64,000 nucleotides of DNA from Felis catus. Taxonomy: Eukaryota. Below are positions 1 through 12,565 of this stretch, in pieces. Where the stretch lies: the NCBI RefSeq assembly GCF_018350175.1, contig NC_058372.1, positions 3,782,001 to 3,846,000 on the forward strand. Direction: 5' to 3'. The notes beneath the pieces are model-generated. The model ran no database searches and was not told the DNA's origin. It saw nothing but the letters and a program-made list of their open reading frames with translations. A program made the position numbers and the translations under genes. Within the stretch, counting starts at the first letter, position 1, and every line of letters starts with the position of its first letter.

Positions 1-3000
1 GACAAATGTGTCATGACATCCACCCATCATTATAATATCACACAGAGGCTTTTCACTGCCCTAAAATGACCAGAGATTTTAATCAGCAGGAACTGGGGGG
101 AAGGGCGGCGGGACCTCTGTCTGGTGGGGCGTGTGAACTGGGGCATCGTGGGTGGTCCCCGTGTGCCTGAAGGGGATACTTACCTTGCCTTTAGGATTCT
201 CCAGCGCACTTTGACACGCCCTTCCCCTCCCCCCTGTGCCTGGGCCCTCCTTCTCCCCTCTCTTTTGTCTTCCAACACCCTGCTTTCCTGGCTCTCTGCC
301 ACCCACATACACTGGACCTCCATTTTTAAAAAAATTTTTTTTCCTTCCTTCTTGCCTAGAAACCCCTACTCATCACCATCCCACAGGCATTTTCCGGCCC
401 ATCGCTTCCCAGTTGTCCGGTGTGAGCATTGCACAGTTTGTACTTAGTTGTGACCCCTTGTCTACTGGTCTTGTCCAACAGGCTCTGGGCTCTGATTTGG
501 TCACCACGGTATCCCTAGGGGCTGTTGCCGGGCCTGGTGCGCAGCCACACACATAAATGACGGAATGAATCAGTTCATTCACTAATTTTTGTGGAATGCC
601 TCCTGTGTCCCAAGGTCCCGTGTGCATATAGCAGTGAACAGAATCACAAAATCCCTTCCCTCGAAGAGCTAGGACCCTAGGAAGGTAAGATTGAAAAACA
701 GAATAAATAGCTAGGCAAGTGTCATCCAAAAAACCAAAAGCCAAACCAAAACAAAACAACAAAGGCAGGCTTAAGGCATGAGGACGATGAGGTGGGGGCT
801 GCCGTGATGAACGAGGAATGAAGTTCTGAGCAGGGGGCCCCAGGGTGCTCGGGGCTTGACTAGGAGACCAGATCCAGGATCAAGGTGCTACTACGAATAA
901 CAATGTTGAGTCCGCTTCAGTAGACAAGCCTCAGGTCAAAATAAGGTGGGTGACACTGTTCTATGAAACAGATCTCCCAAACCTAGGGGCTAACCACAAT
1001 AGATATGTCACTCTGTTACACAATGTTGTATAGTGTCCCGTCACAATGGGGGGATGGGGCTCGACTCCATGGTCCTTCAGGGACAGTTTCCTTCCTCCTG
1101 GTGCCTCAGATGTCCCCGGGTCTTAGAGATCTCTGCTGGAGCCCGGACATCCGGCCTGCAGACAGAAGGAGGCTTTCACGGGCCAGGCACCAAAGCGGCA
1201 CACGTTATTCCGTCCACATGATTTTGATCGGAACTCAGTCCCAGCACCCCTAACCTGCCAGGGAAGCAGGAAGATGCGGACCGGCTGCGTGGGTCGGCGC
1301 AAAAAAAAGCCGATGGATTCGGAGCAAGCAAGTGCTTGGGAGTCACGAGGTCCAGCTTTCTTCCCAATCCGTCTCCCCCTCACCTTCCGGCCCTCTTAAA
1401 GGTCAAAATGGTTTTTCGTCAGGCAGTGACAACATCCAGCGCAGAAAGAATGAGGAGGGAGCCGTGGGGTGACTGAGTTCTTTCTTTTCTCCCCCAGCCC
1501 TGAAGGACCACCCTCTCACCATCAGTGACCGTCTCCTTGGAAGGGGACAAAGTCACTGCCGTCCCGGGGCTCACATCGTGGCTGGAGAAGACAGACAATA
1601 AACAGTAGTTATTATACACAATTATACAGAATGTGAGAAAGGAAAGGTGGGTCACATGTGGCAGTGCCTGTCATTTTAATATGTTCACTAATGAAAATGC
1701 TTCACGTAACCATAGCTGCTAACACTGGGGTCGCACTTAGCCAAGCACCGTTCTGAAGGTTTGCTCTATTGACCCAGTTAATTCCCAAACAATAAAACGG
1801 TCACTGGAAAGCACACGGGGAAGAAGAACCAGTGATGAAGAAAAGAAGAGAAATCAAAGTCCACCATTGTCCCTCTGGCGTGTTTCGAGGACCTGTCCCT
1901 CCTTCTCTGGTTCCGCAGTCCGTGTGTTCGTTCGGGTGTGAGCGGGCGAGATTATGTGTGAGCTCACAGAGGGAGAGCCGGGGGATGCCTCCAGCGCGGG
2001 CCTTAAATTTGGGGCCTCTTCAAGGGGTTTAAAGCCACACGTGGCCCTTGTCATTGTTCAGACCATGACATTTGAAGGGGCAGTGAGTCCGTGAAATGCA
2101 CTCTCGGAATATCAGAGGTCACATCTTGAGTCAGCAGAGGTGGGCGGTGGTGTGAGGGGCAGACTGTCCCTCACCAGCTAGAGACAACTGCCTTCTGTCA
2201 CCCGCCCCGCAGACCACCAGGCTCTGCTTCAGGCCAATCTCTCCTAAAACTTACCTGAATGTGACCGTGATGGCCCTTTTGTAAGTCCATCCAAAACGTG
2301 CGGCAAAGTCTCTGTGTCTGTAAAGTGAAATGATCGCCTGGGCGTTAGACGTGTCCAGCACGGGTTATAGTTATGAGTCCTCAGACCCGCCAGGTGTGCG
2401 AACACTTGTCACGGAACCCGGATGTCCCCGCCAAAGGGTCGTGTCAGTCCGCATGCATTGAAAGGCGGGGGTGGGGTGGGGTGGGGGGGAGTTTCCCTAA
2501 CAAGGAAACCCTGCCAATGTCTTCCTGCATGGGGTTCCATCGCCTCCGGGGGTAAAATCAGGTTTGCCTCTGCTTGTTTGTCAAGACGAGGGGGAAAAAT
2601 GCATTTTGTAACATCTCAAGAAACAGACTAGGCATTTATTTGGGTGCATTTCCATTAGATATGTTTCATTTGACTTATTTCAAAGGCGGTGGGGGTGACT
2701 TCATCTGTTAGCAGCGCGATGAACACCCGAGAGAAGGGTGGCTTCCGGGATGGTTTCAACTGCTCCCTGTGGGAATACCGAGCTGGAACTCCAACCCGTG
2801 GCCGTGCCATGGGCCTTCCTCATCCCTCACGGGCAGTCCAACTCACCCCCAAACACCCCACCTTAGACTACCCCCACCACCTGGCCTTTGTCACTGTGGT
2901 ACCTTTGTGAAAAACCCTGACACGACAAATTCTTACTCGTCCTTCACGACTTAGCTCAAATGTAACTTAGGAGACACTGACTAGACCATATTCATCCTTT

Positions 3001-3554
3001 ATTTAAGAGTCTACAGAGACTCCAGAGGGTGTGAATCGCCACCCAACAGCCGTGTCACCTGGGAAGCTCAACCTTCGCCTTCTCATCTATCCAGCGAACA
3101 GAACGATTGCAGGTGCCTCATAAGGTTGCTCCAAGATGAAATGCATTGGCATCAATAAAGTGCTTAGAGCACACACTGCCTGGCACAGAACGAGCTCCCA
3201 GTGAATTTAGCCATTGCCATTACCGCTGCTGTCTCAGAGTCAAGTACAGTGTCAGGTATCTGATGAATTATAGAAATGAATTGATCAGTCAATCTCTCTC
3301 TTTTCATAGGAGCCGACGGGTTTTAGACATCTTTTCCCACCACTGCTCACTGCTATCCACCGCGGCATCTCTCGCATAAAACAACAAGCGACGTTACGAG
3401 AAGATAAATGGAAATATTTTTAATGATCATGGAAGGCTCAGTAAGAACCTGGCTAAAATATTTTTTTTTCTGAGTCTAAAAATATTAAATGTTTATTGTA
3501 GAAATGTGTAAAAAGAAAAATATATAAAGAAGAAATTAAAATACTCCTGGTATC

Positions 3555-3772
3555 TCTTTTTTTTTTTAATTTGTTTAATGTTTATTTTTGAGAGAGAGAG
3601 AGAGAGCATGAACGGAGGAGGGGCAGAGAGAGAGGGAGACCCAGAATCTGAAGCAGGTTCCAGGCTCTGAGCTGTCAGCACAGAGCCTGATGTGGGGCTC
3701 GAACTCATGAACCGCGAGATCATGACCTGAGCCGAAGTCAGACACTTAACCGACTGAGCCACCCAGGTGCCC
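3555..3772 (-). mobile_element. Can-SINE (SINEC_Fc-like)
   Basis: Reverse GGGCACCTGGGTGGCTCAGTCGGTTAAG head, (CT)n, AATAAA and A-rich tail. Confidence 0.9.
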
Positions 3773-3927
3773 TGGTACTTCCTTTTAATATGTATGTGAC
3801 AAATATGTATAGATGAATATGAATACATAAGGTACACCCATAACATATATCATATATAAAGCAAACTTAGGTACCATGCCATAGATACACATATATAATT
3901 TTCTAGGTAATATGCTTAGAAGCACAG

Positions 3928-4341
3928 TTTTTAAAAATGTTTGTCTACTTTTGAGAGAGGGAGAGGGAGGATCCAATGGAGGGACAGAGAGAGAAGGAGA
4001 CACAGGATCCAAAGCAGGCTCTATGCTGACAGCGGAGAACCTGGTGTGGGGCTCAAATTTACGAACTGTTGGGGCGCCTGGGTGGCTCAGTTGGTTGAGT
4101 GTCCAACTTTGGCTCAGGTCATGATCTCACGTCTTGTGAGGTCCAGCCCCATGTGAGGCTCTGTGCTGACAGCTCAGAGCCTGGAGCCTGCTTCGGATTC
4201 TGTGTCCCTCTCTCACTCTGCCCCTCCCTCATTCATGTTCTGTCTCTCTCAAGAATAAATAAAAAAACATTAAAAAAAAATTATGAACTGTTACCTGAGC
4301 TAAAGTCAGATGCTTAACCGACTGAGCCACCCAGGCAGCCC
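3928..4341. mobile_element. Nested Can-SINEs: plus-strand copy 4071-4280 inside a minus-strand copy
   Basis: Inner copy flanked by near-identical target-site duplication (TSD) ttacgaactgtt/ttatgaactgtt. Confidence 0.85.
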
Positions 4342-4987
4342 TAGAAACACAATTTTTTATGAATGTATCGTTACTTGGGTAATTAGTCCTCTGTTATTGG
4401 CTACCTAGATTGAGTTCTATTTTTATGCATTATAGATCATACAGATCACACACACATCTTTGTTTAAATATGTGATCATCTCCTTAGGATAGACTTCCAG
4501 AACTAGAAATACTAAATCACCAGGTCACAGCATTTTTTAAGGCTCTTAATACAAAACATTGCCAAAGTGCCATCTAGAAGGACCATGCCAATTTATAATC
4601 CCAACATACTGTTTACACTGAGAATTTTTTTAAAGCATTATTAACCTGACAGGCCAATAATAATAATAATAATAATAATAGAAATGCCAGCTCCTTCATT
4701 ATTAGCGAGTGTACTTTCCCCCCACATTTTCATTAGTTGTGATCCTGTAAGAAACGAAGGGTGGCCTAATGATGCCCGTGACCATGATTGTCCCCCGGGG
4801 GGCCACCATATGGAGAATAAGCAGGCTGTTTGGTTAAGACCAAAAACTAGTATTTGTCAGTCAGGTGCCTCCTCTGCCCAGGACTGTGCTGGAATAATGA
4901 ACTGCATTTGGCTGTGTGTAGCTGAAATTACTTTTGCCTACATTGTCTCTTGAAAGCCTCTAACTGCTCCATGAGAAAAGCGTGTAC

Positions 4988-5372
4988 TGTGGATTGAATT
5001 ATGTCCCCCCAGAATTCATATGTCGAAGCCCTACCTCCCAGTGTGACTGTATCTGGAGGCGGGGCTTCAGCAAGTATTTAAGGTGAAAGAAGTTGTAAAA
5101 TGAGGTCCTAGTCCAAAAAGATTGGTGACCTTATCCGAGCAGGAGGAGGAAAAGCTAGCTCTCCCAGCGTGCATGCGCCACAGAAAGGCCGTTTGAGGAC
5201 AGAGCAAGAAGACAGCCAACGACAGGCTGGGAAAGAGCTGTCACCAGAATTCGGCCACGCTGACAGTCTGATCTCAGATTCCTAGTCTCCAGAGCCATGA
5301 GGAAATAAATTTCTATTGTTGAAACTTCCCAATCTACGGCATTTTGTTCTGGTAGCCCGAGCAGACTAAGAC
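4988..5372 (+). mobile_element. MaLR LTR (MLT1-like)
   Basis: tgtggattgaattatgtccccc...aataaatttctattgtt...gcagactaagac. Confidence 0.75.
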
Positions 5373-6674
5373 GGTGTCATTGCTGTGACACACAGACCAG
5401 GAAAGTGAGTAAGCCCAGGAGAAATACAGTTATATTTGGCCAAGATCATTAAGAATCAGAAAGAGGCAAGGTGGGAGAACCCACTTGTCCTCATTCCAAG
5501 GCCAGGGCTCCCCCGTGCCACAGGCAGACAGTAGCCTCAGAGGGTCCAGAGTCACGTGTCCCCAGAGCCAGCACTAGACTAAGACTTGTCACCGGAAGAG
5601 GAATGCTTCAGCTCGAATAAACATGCTCTGACCACTCGCTTAGGAAAAACATCGCACTTCATGCAAAACTACAGTGCAAACTGTGTGCAAAACCACTTTC
5701 ACCTCTGCGGTGGAGAGAGATATAAAGCCTAACGCTATCCTTGCAGCATTGGGGTTTATATGTGCGGCAAGGCAGGCTTTCGCAGGGGTCCTAGAGTAGT
5801 GCCTCAGACAGGTAAATAAAGTGGAAAGACATCTAGTGTAAAATGTTTATTATTATTTTGCTTAATAAATAAGCCCAGGTACACAGGCTTCTCTAGCACC
5901 CTGTGCTGTCAGCTGTTCAGTTTCCACCCCCTTGTAGTTTTCAACCTCACGGCCATCTTTAGCGCCTCTGGAGGGCGAATCTATGCGCCAGCCTGGAAGA
6001 AGGGGTGAGATCAAGGGGAACTAGGCAAGGGCCATCTGAGGTCTACTGGATTACTATCGGGAAGTTAAAAGAAAAGGCTTCCTGCTTTTTTGTCTGATGC
6101 TTCTGTATTCTGTATTAAAGTGCAACAGAAAATTCACAAGTTCCAATGCTGTGTCTCCGGACTTTCAAAGACTGGCTCATTGGCATCTGTGTGGCTTAGG
6201 AGGATTGTTTCGGTCACGTTAGCACAAAGGTTTTGGACGGAAGTCTATATATGTGTTATTCACAAATGAAACAGCACGATATGAGCACCTGTCTTTGCTT
6301 ACATATAAATAGCTAATAAGAGAGGTCGGAACGTCTGGAAGAACAGAAATAAGGTCACCTGAATGGGGGGGCGGGGGAGGTCCCAGTTATGCAAATAGCT
6401 TTTCTTCTTGGTCAGGCATTTCTAGTGCTTCCTAATTGGATGGTGGCAGGTTTAGCTCCTCTGTCCTCTGAGAAGTTTCTAGAACTCCTTCTGAAGATGT
6501 TCAGTTTCGTAAGGAGCAGCAGAAACAGGCTGAACAAGTGATTCAGGTCCATCTGACTCAACAGAGGAAGACTTTCCCGCCACCCTCTCAAGGTCCTCCA
6601 TTGTGAACCACCTGGGCAGGTTATTGGTTTCGACGTTGATCTCCGCACCCAAGAATTGTCAGTGCATATACTAA

Positions 6675-6890
6675 AAATTTTTCAATGGTTATTTATTTTT
6701 GAGAGAGAGAGAGAGAGAGCACAAGCAGGGAAGGGGCAGAGAGGGAGGGAGACACAGAATCTGAAGCAGGCTCCAGGCTCCAAGCTGTCAGCACAGAGCC
6801 TGACTCAGGGCTTGAACCCACGAACTGTGACATCATGACCTGAGCCAAAGTCGGACGCTTAACCGACTGGGTGGCTCAGCCACCCAGGCC
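6675..6890 (-). mobile_element. Can-SINE
   Basis: SINE body; TSD-like tgtcagtgc flanks. Confidence 0.85.
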
Positions 6891-7074
6891 TCTGTCAGTG
6901 CCTATGTTTAAATCTTATCTCCCAAATAAAGAAAATGGTAACTTCTTTAGCTTAAAGACCAAGTAATACTTCTTTCTTAATTTAAAAAAAAAAATGTTGT
7001 TTTTCTGTCCCTCAGCCCTGGAACAGCATAGTACCTACATTTGATATTCAATACTTGATGACTTTTATTTATTT

Positions 7075-7292
7075 TAAAAAAATTTGTAAATGTTTATTCA
7101 TTTTTGAGAGACAGAGACAGAGCACAAGTCAGGGAAGGGCAGAGAGGGAGGGAGACACAGAATCTGAAGCAGGCTCCAGGCTCTGAGCTGTCAGCACAGG
7201 GCCCGATGCCATGCGAGGCTTGCCCCACGAACTGGGAGATCACGACCGGAGCTGAAGTCGGATGCCTGATCGACTGAGCCACCCAGGTACCC
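7075..7292 (-). mobile_element. Can-SINE
   Basis: SINE body; TSD-like acttgatgacttt/acttgacgacttt. Confidence 0.88.
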
Positions 7293-7680
7293 CGAACACT
7301 TGACGACTTTTAGAGACAACCTTCACAAAGCATGAAATTATACACATGCCCTTCCTACAAAACAAACAAAATAGTTACTCAATAGCTGAACAAGCAGTCA
7401 ATCGAAATAGAATAATTCAAAACGGAAGAAGTCAGTTGAAGAAGAGTTAAGATTAATTGTGAAATAGTGTTTGTTAAAGATAGTGGAAAGCCAAATATGA
7501 AGTTCAAAAATAGCTACTGAAAAAAGAAGAAACATATGACAAAGGGATAACAGTTTTACAAGGTAGTTCTAAAACTTAGATACCAGGAAAATCCAAGAAG
7601 TATATAGGGTGGACACGTTAGTAAGTGAAGCCCCGTGAATCTCACTGAACACAGTGAAAATCTAGAGAAGCCTTTATTTT

Positions 7681-7683
<3 letters not shown>

Positions 7684-7711
<28 letters not shown>
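7684..7711. repeat. (CA)n microsatellite
   Basis: Direct reading. Confidence 0.95.
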
Positions 7712-7715
<4 letters not shown>

Positions 7716-7776
7716 TATAGGGTAAACATTGTTTTTAAATAACAGACTAGAATGTTAATATTAAGAATGGGCTGCT

Positions 7777-7987
7777 GGGGCACCTGGGTGGCTCAGTCAG
7801 TTAAGCGTCCGACTTTGGGTCAGGTCATGATCTTACGGTTTGTGAGTTCGAGCCCCACATCAGGCTCTGTGCTGACAGCTTGGAGTCTGGAGCCTGCTTC
7901 AGATTCTGCGTCTCCCTCTCTCCCTGCTCCTTCCCCCACTTGTGCTCTCTCTCAAAAATAAATACATGTAAAAAAAAGAAAAAAAAA
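7777..7987 (+). mobile_element. Can-SINE
   Basis: SINE head, (CT)n, A tail; TSD aagaatgggctg. Confidence 0.9.
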
Positions 7988-8034
7988 GAATGGGCTGTAT
8001 AGTTCCCATATCATGAGAGAAGAATTTTATTATA

Positions 8035-8262
8035 TATTTTTTTTAATTTTTTTTTCAACGTTTTATTTATTTATTTTTGGGACAGAGAGAGACAGAGCAT
8101 GAACGGGCGAGGGGCAGAGAGACAGGGAGACACAGAATCGGAAACAGGCTCCAGGCTCTGAGCCATCAGCCCAGAGCCCGACGCGGGGCTCGAACTCACG
8201 GACCGCGAGATTGTGACCTGGCTGAAGTCGGACGCTTAACCGACTGCGCCACCCAGGCGCCC
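8035..8262 (-). mobile_element. Can-SINE (young, CpG-rich)
   Basis: Near-consensus body; TSD attttattatat. Confidence 0.92.
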
Positions 8263-8482
8263 CTATTTTATTATATTTTTAAAAGAAAACAGTTCTCTTA
8301 TTTTCTTTGTGATCGCTTCCATTGTTTGACTTCAGAAGAACTGCCATCAGAAGTTGATCTAAGGAAATGTTTACAGCAGGAGTATTGTTTCAATAATGAG
8401 AGTTTGGAAGGGTGACTTTCCCACAATAGAAAGTTTTTCAAGATAAAATTATATTATTGGTCCACAAAGCACAAGTGCTCTA

Positions 8483-8702
8483 AGGGTGCCTGGGTGGCTC
8501 AGTTAAGCGTCCAACTCTGGCTCAGGTCATGATCTCATGGTTCACGAGTTCAAGCCCCTCGTTGGGCTCTGTGCTGACAGCTCAGAGCCTGGGGCCTGCT
8601 TTGGATCCTGTGTCTCCCTCTCTTTCTGTCCCTTCCGTGCTCACACTGTTTCTCTTTCTCTCAAAAATAAATAAACATTAAAAAAATTTTTAATAAAAAA
8701 AT
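8483..8702 (+). mobile_element. Can-SINE
   Basis: SINE head, body and A tail. Confidence 0.88.
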
Positions 8703-9079
8703 ACAAGCTCTAAAAATGGAATTCACGAACAGTCCTGACATATTAAGAGGAAAAAAAAAAAAATAAATGCTCCAACACAGCTGATGTGCATAACTAGCCA
8801 GAGCCTTCTGAAGCCAGCCTCCTGCTTCCTAGCTCTAAGATCTTGGGTGAGTTTCATGACTTTTCTGTGACTCAGTTTCTTAACTATAAACTTAGCTTCT
8901 ACAGTTTTTCCTTTTTTGAAGGGGAAATAATTGGGATGATGACGACACAGCGTAAGCGCTGTGCGTGTGGGTGTTCATGGTAGCGTTTAGATTTCCAGTG
9001 CAAGATATGAATCATGGTCCTCTCTCTAGGTTTCAAGTTGCAGAGTTTAAGAATTTTTAAAATTCTCCAATTCTTTGTT

Positions 9080-9143
9080 ACTTTTAATTATTTATTTTTG
9101 AGAGACAGAGAGCACGAGAGAGCACGTGCATAAGTGGGGGAGG

Positions 9144-9183
<40 letters not shown>

Positions 9184-9312
9184 ATGGGAAGCAGGCTCCA
9201 GGCTCTGAGCTGTCAGCACAGAGCCCGACGCGGGGCTCGAACCCACAAATGGGGAGATCATGACCTGGGCCGCAGTCGGGCGCTCGATGGACTGAGCCAC
9301 CCAGGTGCTCCC
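9080..9312 (-). mobile_element. Can-SINE
   Basis: SINE body with long (GA)n; TSD ccaattctttgttactt. Confidence 0.9.
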
Positions 9313-9471
9313 AATTCTTTGTTACTTGTAAAGCAATGGAATGATATCTTCTGTCAACGTGTAATTAATTACAAGGATCAATCCACTTCACAACCTGACC
9401 TCCAAGCACAAGTACTCAGAGGTCACACCGAGGGTCCGGGAAACCAAACACGTGTTAAAACTTAGAGTCCT

Positions 9472-9683
9472 TGGGCCGCCTGGGTGGCTCCGTCTGTTTA
9501 GCGACAGACTTGGGCTCAGGTTCATGGGTTCCAGGCCCGTGTCGGGCTCTGTGCTGACAGCTCTGAGCCTGGAGCCTGCAGCCTGCTTCAGATTCTGCGT
9601 CTCCCTCTCTGTCTGCTCCTCCCCCACTCGCACTGTGTCTCTGTCTCTCTCTCTCTCACAAGTAAATAAACATTGTAAAGAAA
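9472..9683 (+). mobile_element. Can-SINE
   Basis: Diverged head, recognisable body and tail. Confidence 0.8.
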
Positions 9684-9884
9684 CCCTGAAATAGGTCCTC
9701 AGTAAGATGTTCTTGTAACCTCTTGTAACCTTGTAACCTGAAAAAAGATTTTTCAAACAGAGGGTCACAGCGCATTAGTGGGTTGTGAAATCAATCCCAT
9801 AGTTTGCAACCAGCATTTTTTAAAATGAAATAGATTAGGAAGTATCAGAATGCAGACACTTCAGGTGGTTATTGTTTTCTCAAT

Positions 9885-9915
9885 GTTTTTTAAGGTGTAT
9901 TTACTTTTTGAGATT

Positions 9916-9946
<31 letters not shown>

Positions 9947-10107
9947 GCCAATCGGGGGAGGGGCAGAGAGAGAGGGGGAAACTGAGGGTCCAAAGTGAGA
10001 TCCGTGCTGACAGAAGGGAGCCCGACGCGGGGCTTGAACTCATGAACTGCAAGATCATGACCTGAGCTAAGTCGGACACTTAACCGACAGGCCCGCCCAG
10101 ACACCCC
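9885..10107 (-). mobile_element. Can-SINE
   Basis: SINE body with (GA)n. Confidence 0.8.
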
Positions 10108-10339
10108 GTTTCCTGAATTTGTGTTCCCAGGTGTGTGTGTGTGAGCACGTGCCCATGAGCCAGAGAGAGGCGGAGACTTTGCTATCTCACTTTGCACCCG
10201 GAAGTTGGAAAGTCTCATGTTTTGATTTTCACTTCAGAAATATTTCACACGTAGACTCTCTCCTTTCCCACAAAGCCGAAGCCCTTGTCTTTCTTAGGCT
10301 ACAGAAACACACTACCCACCTCTGACATTGGGCCATTTA

Positions 10340-10443
10340 AAAAAAAATTTTTTTTTAATGTTTATTTATTTTTGAGACAGAGAGAGAGCATGAACGGGGG
10401 AGGGTCAGAGAGAGGGAGACACAGAATCCGAAGCAGGCTCCAG
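10340..10443 (-). mobile_element. 5'-truncated Can-SINE
   Basis: Only tail and 3' half present. Confidence 0.8.
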
Positions 10444-10971
10444 AACCCCGGGGAGCTTTGGCCGCACCGCGTTGCTCTCCTCCTGGAAGGTCTGGCCTTG
10501 AAGAACAACCCCCCCCATCTGGACGTCTTACAGAGGCAAGTCCTAGGACAAGCCCAAAGAAGCCTCCTGAACCTTGTTGCGAGAACTCTCTTCCAGCTTT
10601 ACAGGCACATCTGCCAACTCAGTTCTGTTAGAGATCTGGACCTGTGGTTCCCACTGAGCTCAGCCACCGTTCCTGCCTCCCGTTTTATAGGCGATTGAGA
10701 ATAAGGACGGTCTCTTTTTCCGTGTGTGTGCTTGGCATCAGGCAGTGGGGGTGGGGTGGAGTGGGGTTTGGATGACTGAAAACAGAAGCAAAATTCAGTT
10801 GAGGACGTCAGCCACGGAGGTGACAGACCTGATTTGGACTAAGCAGATATCACGTGTTAGAGTCTTAAGGGTCTTCTATCAAACTGCATGGACGGAGGAC
10901 TGGTTTGGGTCACGTGCCACCCACATACCTATAAGCATCGTCTAACTACACAGGGAGCCATTTAAGCGACC

Positions 10972-10978
10972 TGTGTTA
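10972..10978 (+). promoter_or_regulatory. H1 upstream conserved element (TG box, TGTGTTA) of H1t
   Basis: GACCTGTGTTA lies 352 bp upstream of the AAACACA box; the same motif and context lie 354 bp upstream of the H1-2 AC box. Confidence 0.75.
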
Positions 10979-11323
10979 TTTCCTTCACATACATAGAGAA
11001 TTTCCCATAAAAACCAGTGCGTGAATAACTTATTTTCTCCACCGATTGGAAGCCCCCCGTTTGGAAAACTACTCAGAAGAGATGAGGTAAGTTTTGCGCC
11101 AAAACTTACTTTTACATTACAAGGAAAAGAGCAAGTTTTCTTCTTCTCCTTGAATTTCGCCGAAAATCAAGGGCTTTATCTGATACTTCGGGCATGCAAG
11201 GTCATTTCTCATGAAAAGGTGAAAAGGCACATGAAATCCGGATCTCCACGGATCACTCAGCAGTAAACCCTGGGCGATGCTGCTCAGAGGATTTGTGTGG
11301 GATCCAACTTTTGGGGGTAAAAG

Positions 11324-11401
11324 AAACACAAAGGCTCCTCCCCCGAGGGGCGGTGCGGTGCCTGACGATGCACCAATCACAGCGCGCCGTGCTCTATATA
11401 A
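11324..11401 (+). promoter_or_regulatory. H1t proximal promoter
   Basis: AAACACA H1/AC box 11324, GGGCGG GC box, CCAAT 11373, TATATAA 11395 in canonical H1 order. Confidence 0.9.
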
Positions 11402-11484
11402 GGCCTTGAGGCTCCCCCTCCACCCCTATCCCACTGCACAGTACGCTTTGCCTGGTACGTCACTTCTGTTTATTTCTCCGTGAT

Positions 11485-12120
11485 ATGTCGGAGAAGGTTC
11501 CTGTGGCCACAGCTGACACGGCCCCCGCTCCCGTGGAGACTCCTCTAGCTAAGCGGAGGGGGAGAAAGCCGGTGGGCATGTCAGGCTCAAGTCGCAAGAC
11601 CCCGAGCCTTTCTGTGTCCAAGCTGATCACGGAGGCTTTCGCGGTGTCCCAGGAGCGAGCTGGCATGTCTCTGGCCGCGCTCAAGAAGGCGCTGGCGGCC
11701 GCCGGCTACGATGTGGGGAAGAACAACAACCGCATCAAGCTGGGCCTCAAGAGCCTGGTGAGCAAGGGCACCCTGGTGCAGATCAAGGGCACCGGCGCCT
11801 CGGGCTCCTTCAAGCTCAACAAGAAGACCATTCCTGAACCCCGCAAGAGCAAGGTCAAAAGGCCCACTTCTGCCAAGGCGAAGAAGCTGATCTCCAAGGA
11901 TTCAAAGTCCCCGAAGAGTGCCAAGACCACCCAGAAGGCCAAGAAGCCTCGGGCAGCAACAGCCCCGAAAGCACTCCGAGGCAGCAGGAAGGCTAAGGGA
12001 GGCCGGGGCAGGCGGCCGGCGCAAAGCCCAGGAAAGGCCCGAGCAGGGGAGCCCAAGGCTGGGAAGGCCAAGGTCACCCAGCAGAAAACCAGCACCAGGA
12101 AGGTGGCATCCAAGAAGTAA
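11485..12120 (+). CDS. H1-6: Testis-specific linker histone H1t (211 aa)
   Basis: Intronless ORF with H1 globular domain and H1t-type [13 protein letters not shown] and DSKSPKSAK motifs; next to H4 and HFE as in the conserved cluster order. Confidence 0.95.
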   Translation: MSEKVPVATADTAPAPVETPLAKRRGRKPVGMSGSSRKTPSLSVSKLITEAFAVSQERAGMSLAALKKALAAAGYDVGKNNNRIKLGLKSLVSKGTLVQIKGTGASGSFKLNKKTIPEPRKSKVKRPTSAKAKKLISKDSKSPKSAKTTQKAKKPRAATAPKALRGSRKAKGGRGRRPAQSPGKARAGEPKAGKAKVTQQKTSTRKVASKK

Positions 12121-12149
12121 ACCGAAGGCTGATTCTCAAAGAACCCAAA

Positions 12150-12165
12150 GGCTCTTTTAAGAGCC
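12150..12165 (+). terminator. Histone 3' stem-loop of H1t
   Basis: GGCTCTTTTAAGAGCC followed by ACCC and a purine-rich downstream element near 12180. Confidence 0.95.
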
Positions 12166-12387
12166 ACCCCAAATACTTTAAAAAGGGCCCCGCACTGGAA
12201 GCTTAGAAGTTCGTAAATAGGTCACCGCACGGTCTACTAAGCAAGTTTCATTGTAAGATGTGGAAAGTTTCGTCAGATGTGGTGTCGCCCAATAGGGATT
12301 CCAGTATTTGAAATTTTTTCCTGCGTTGCCTGGTCCCAAAGAGCTTAAATGTTTCTAGTTACAACACGGCATATGGGGGAGGGGGCT

Positions 12388-12565
12388 GGGGGGGGCGCAG
12401 TCGTTTGTGTCCGACTCTTGATCCTGGGCTCAGGTCATGATATCACAGGTTCCTGAGTTCGAGCCCCACATCAGGCTCTGCACGGTCAGTGTGGAGCATG
12501 CTTGGAATTCTCTCCCTCTCTCTGTCCCTCCCCCTGCTTGCACTCCCAGGATCAATAAAAATAAA
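12388..12565 (+). mobile_element. Can-SINE (older, diverged)
   Basis: ctcaggtcatgatatcacagg...gagccccacatcaggctctg. Confidence 0.75.
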
